Assembly (NCBI GenBank): GCA_000004695.1
Contig: CM000151.3
Span: forward strand, 6,880,001 to 6,944,000
Direction: 5' to 3'
Length of the DNA: 64,000 nucleotides
From: Dictyostelium discoideum
Taxonomy: Eukaryota
The translations under genes were made by a program, and so were the position numbers. Positions 62,460 through 64,000 of this stretch are shown here, one piece after another. Each line of letters starts with the position of its first letter. Position 1 is the first letter of the stretch. The notes below the pieces were generated by a model, which saw only the letters and a list, made by a program, of their open reading frames with translations, was not told the DNA's origin and did not search any database.

Positions 62460-62805
62460 GATTTTTTTTTTTTTAATTTTAAAATTTTTTTTTTAATTTT
62501 TTTTTTTTTTTCAGTTGGACCATTAATATTTTTTTTTTTTTTTTAAATTTTTCCATTCTTATTTATTAATGGGCCTATTTTTAAAAAAAAATAAAAAAAA
62601 AAAAAATAAAAAATAAAAAATAATAAACAAAAAAATCAAATCTTATTTAAAAAATCATTTTGTATTATTGGAAAATCAACATTAAAAAAAATTTAAAATT
62701 AAAAACAAAATTAAATTAAAAAACCAACAGCCACACAACAATTATTTTTTTCACGATAAAATAGACAAATCTAATAATTGCTTACAAAAATCAATTTTCT
62801 AGAAA

Positions 62806-64000
62806 ATGTCTAAGAAAGAACCTGAAGAAATAAAGAAAAATGTTACAGTTGGTAACTATGTAAGTTTATTTATTTATTATTATAATTGTTTTTTTTTATT
62901 TTTTTTTTTTTTATCATTTTTTATACATGACCCAAACCGTTATATTGATGATATTTTTATTTTTTACAACACAACAAAAAAAAAAAAAAAAAAAAAAACC
63001 AAAAAAAAAAAAAAAAAAATATTTTGAAAAACTTTTTGTTTTGAAAATAAAAATAATATAGAATTTAGGTGTTGTTATTGGTAAAGGTGGTTTTGGTACA
63101 GTATATCAAGGATTAGATATTGAAGATGGTGATTTTGTAGCAATTAAACAAATTAATCTTACAAAGATTCCAAAAGATCAATTACAAGGTATTATGAATG
63201 AAATCGATCTTTTAAAGAATCTTAATCATGCAAACATTGTAAAATATATTAAATACGTAAAGACAAAAGATAATCTTTATATTGTTTTAGAGTAAATTAT
63301 CAAATTTTTTATTTTTTATTTTTTATTTTATTTTATATCACCCAATCAATTCTAATTTTCACACATTTATTTTTAAAATAGGTATGTTGAAAATGGTTCA
63401 TTATCAGGTATTATTAAAAAGTTTGGTAAATTTCCAGAAACATTGGTTTGTGTTTATATTAGACAAGTTTTAGAAGGTTTAGTTTATCTTCATGAACAGG
63501 GTGTGGTACATAGAGATATTAAAGGTGCAAATATTTTAACAACCAAAGAGGGTAAAATTAAATTAGCAGGTAAGTTTTATTAATTTTCTATTTTATAAAC
63601 TTTTTCAAAAAAAAAGTAAAAAATAAAAAAAAAAAAAGAAATTATATTAACATTTCTTTTTTTTTATTTTTTTTATTTTTTTTTTTTTTAAATTATTTTA
63701 GATTTTGGTGTTGCAACTAAATTTGATGATACAAGTGCAGCAGCAGTAGTTGGTACACCATATTGGATGGCACCAGAGATTATAGAGTTAAATGGTGCAA
63801 CGACGAAATCAGATATTTGGAGTGTTGGATGTACAGTTATAGAGTTATTAACAGGATCACCACCATATTATGATTTAGGACAAATGCCAGCACTTTTTCG
63901 TATTGTACAAGATGATTGTCCACCATTACCTGAGGGTATTTCACCACCATTAAAGGATTGGTTAATGCAATGTTTTCAAAAGGATCCAAATTTACGTATT
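62806..64000 (+). CDS. sepA: Cdc7(S. pombe)/Cdc15/MAP3K-epsilon-like serine/threonine kinase, 5' part only (the gene continues past the window end); join(62806..62859,63062..63291,63382..63569,63702..>64000)
   Basis: [51 protein letters not shown]...[93 protein letters not shown]...[36 protein letters not shown]. All donors are GTAAGT/GTAAAT. The symbol is tentative. Confidence 0.75.

Noticed and set aside
1-64000. Search for prokaryotic-style systems: operons, CRISPR arrays, toxin-antitoxin, defence islands
   Set aside because: The sequence is plainly eukaryotic (spliceosomal introns, 78% A+T, poly-N proteins, eukaryote-specific orthologues such as HIRA, NTF2, EMC4, OSBP). The repeats found are tandem gene and fragment duplications, not CRISPR. 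None of these categories apply.
1-64000. tRNA/rRNA genes
   Set aside because: No segment shows tRNA cloverleaf hallmarks (GTTCGAATC-type T-arm boxes) or rDNA-like GC-rich conserved blocks.

Overview
This is a eukaryotic nuclear window, not a prokaryotic one. It is about 78% A+T with long homopolymer A/T intergenic tracts, (AAT)n/(CAA)n-encoded poly-Asn/Gln runs inside ORFs, and short AT-rich GTAAGT...AG introns. All of that matches Dictyostelium discoideum-type social amoeba DNA, so the operon, CRISPR and defence-island concepts do not apply.

By hand-splicing the six-frame ORFs I built about 24 protein-coding gene models. Recognisable orthologues are a HIRA histone chaperone, pyruvate dehydrogenase E1 beta, ribosomal protein S18, NTF2, a NAK-family kinase, EMC4, phosphatidylserine decarboxylase, a MORN-repeat protein, a RasGAP-LRR protein, an ankyrin-repeat protein, a 3xLIM protein, an MFS (HIAT1-like) transporter, an OSBP-family protein and a Cdc7/SepA-like kinase. 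Several lineage-specific secreted, N-rich or His-rich proteins sit among them.

The most unusual parts are:
- A roughly 4.5 kb tandem array (41.4-45.9 kb) of repeated micro-exon units. They encode small Gly/Ser/Thr/Pro-rich peptides through symmetric phase-1 exons, and intact and decayed copies sit side by side.
- A 1615-aa orphan gene (17934-22781) with an internal tandem duplication of about 1.67 kb. A duplicated promoter carrying a fragment of the gene's 3' end lies upstream, next to a perfect 37-bp inverted repeat. An internally deleted pseudogene copy lies 4 kb further upstream.

No rRNA, tRNA, CRISPR or obvious transposon ORFs were found. All coordinates are hand-derived from the sequence and should be confirmed with RNA-seq or protein alignment.
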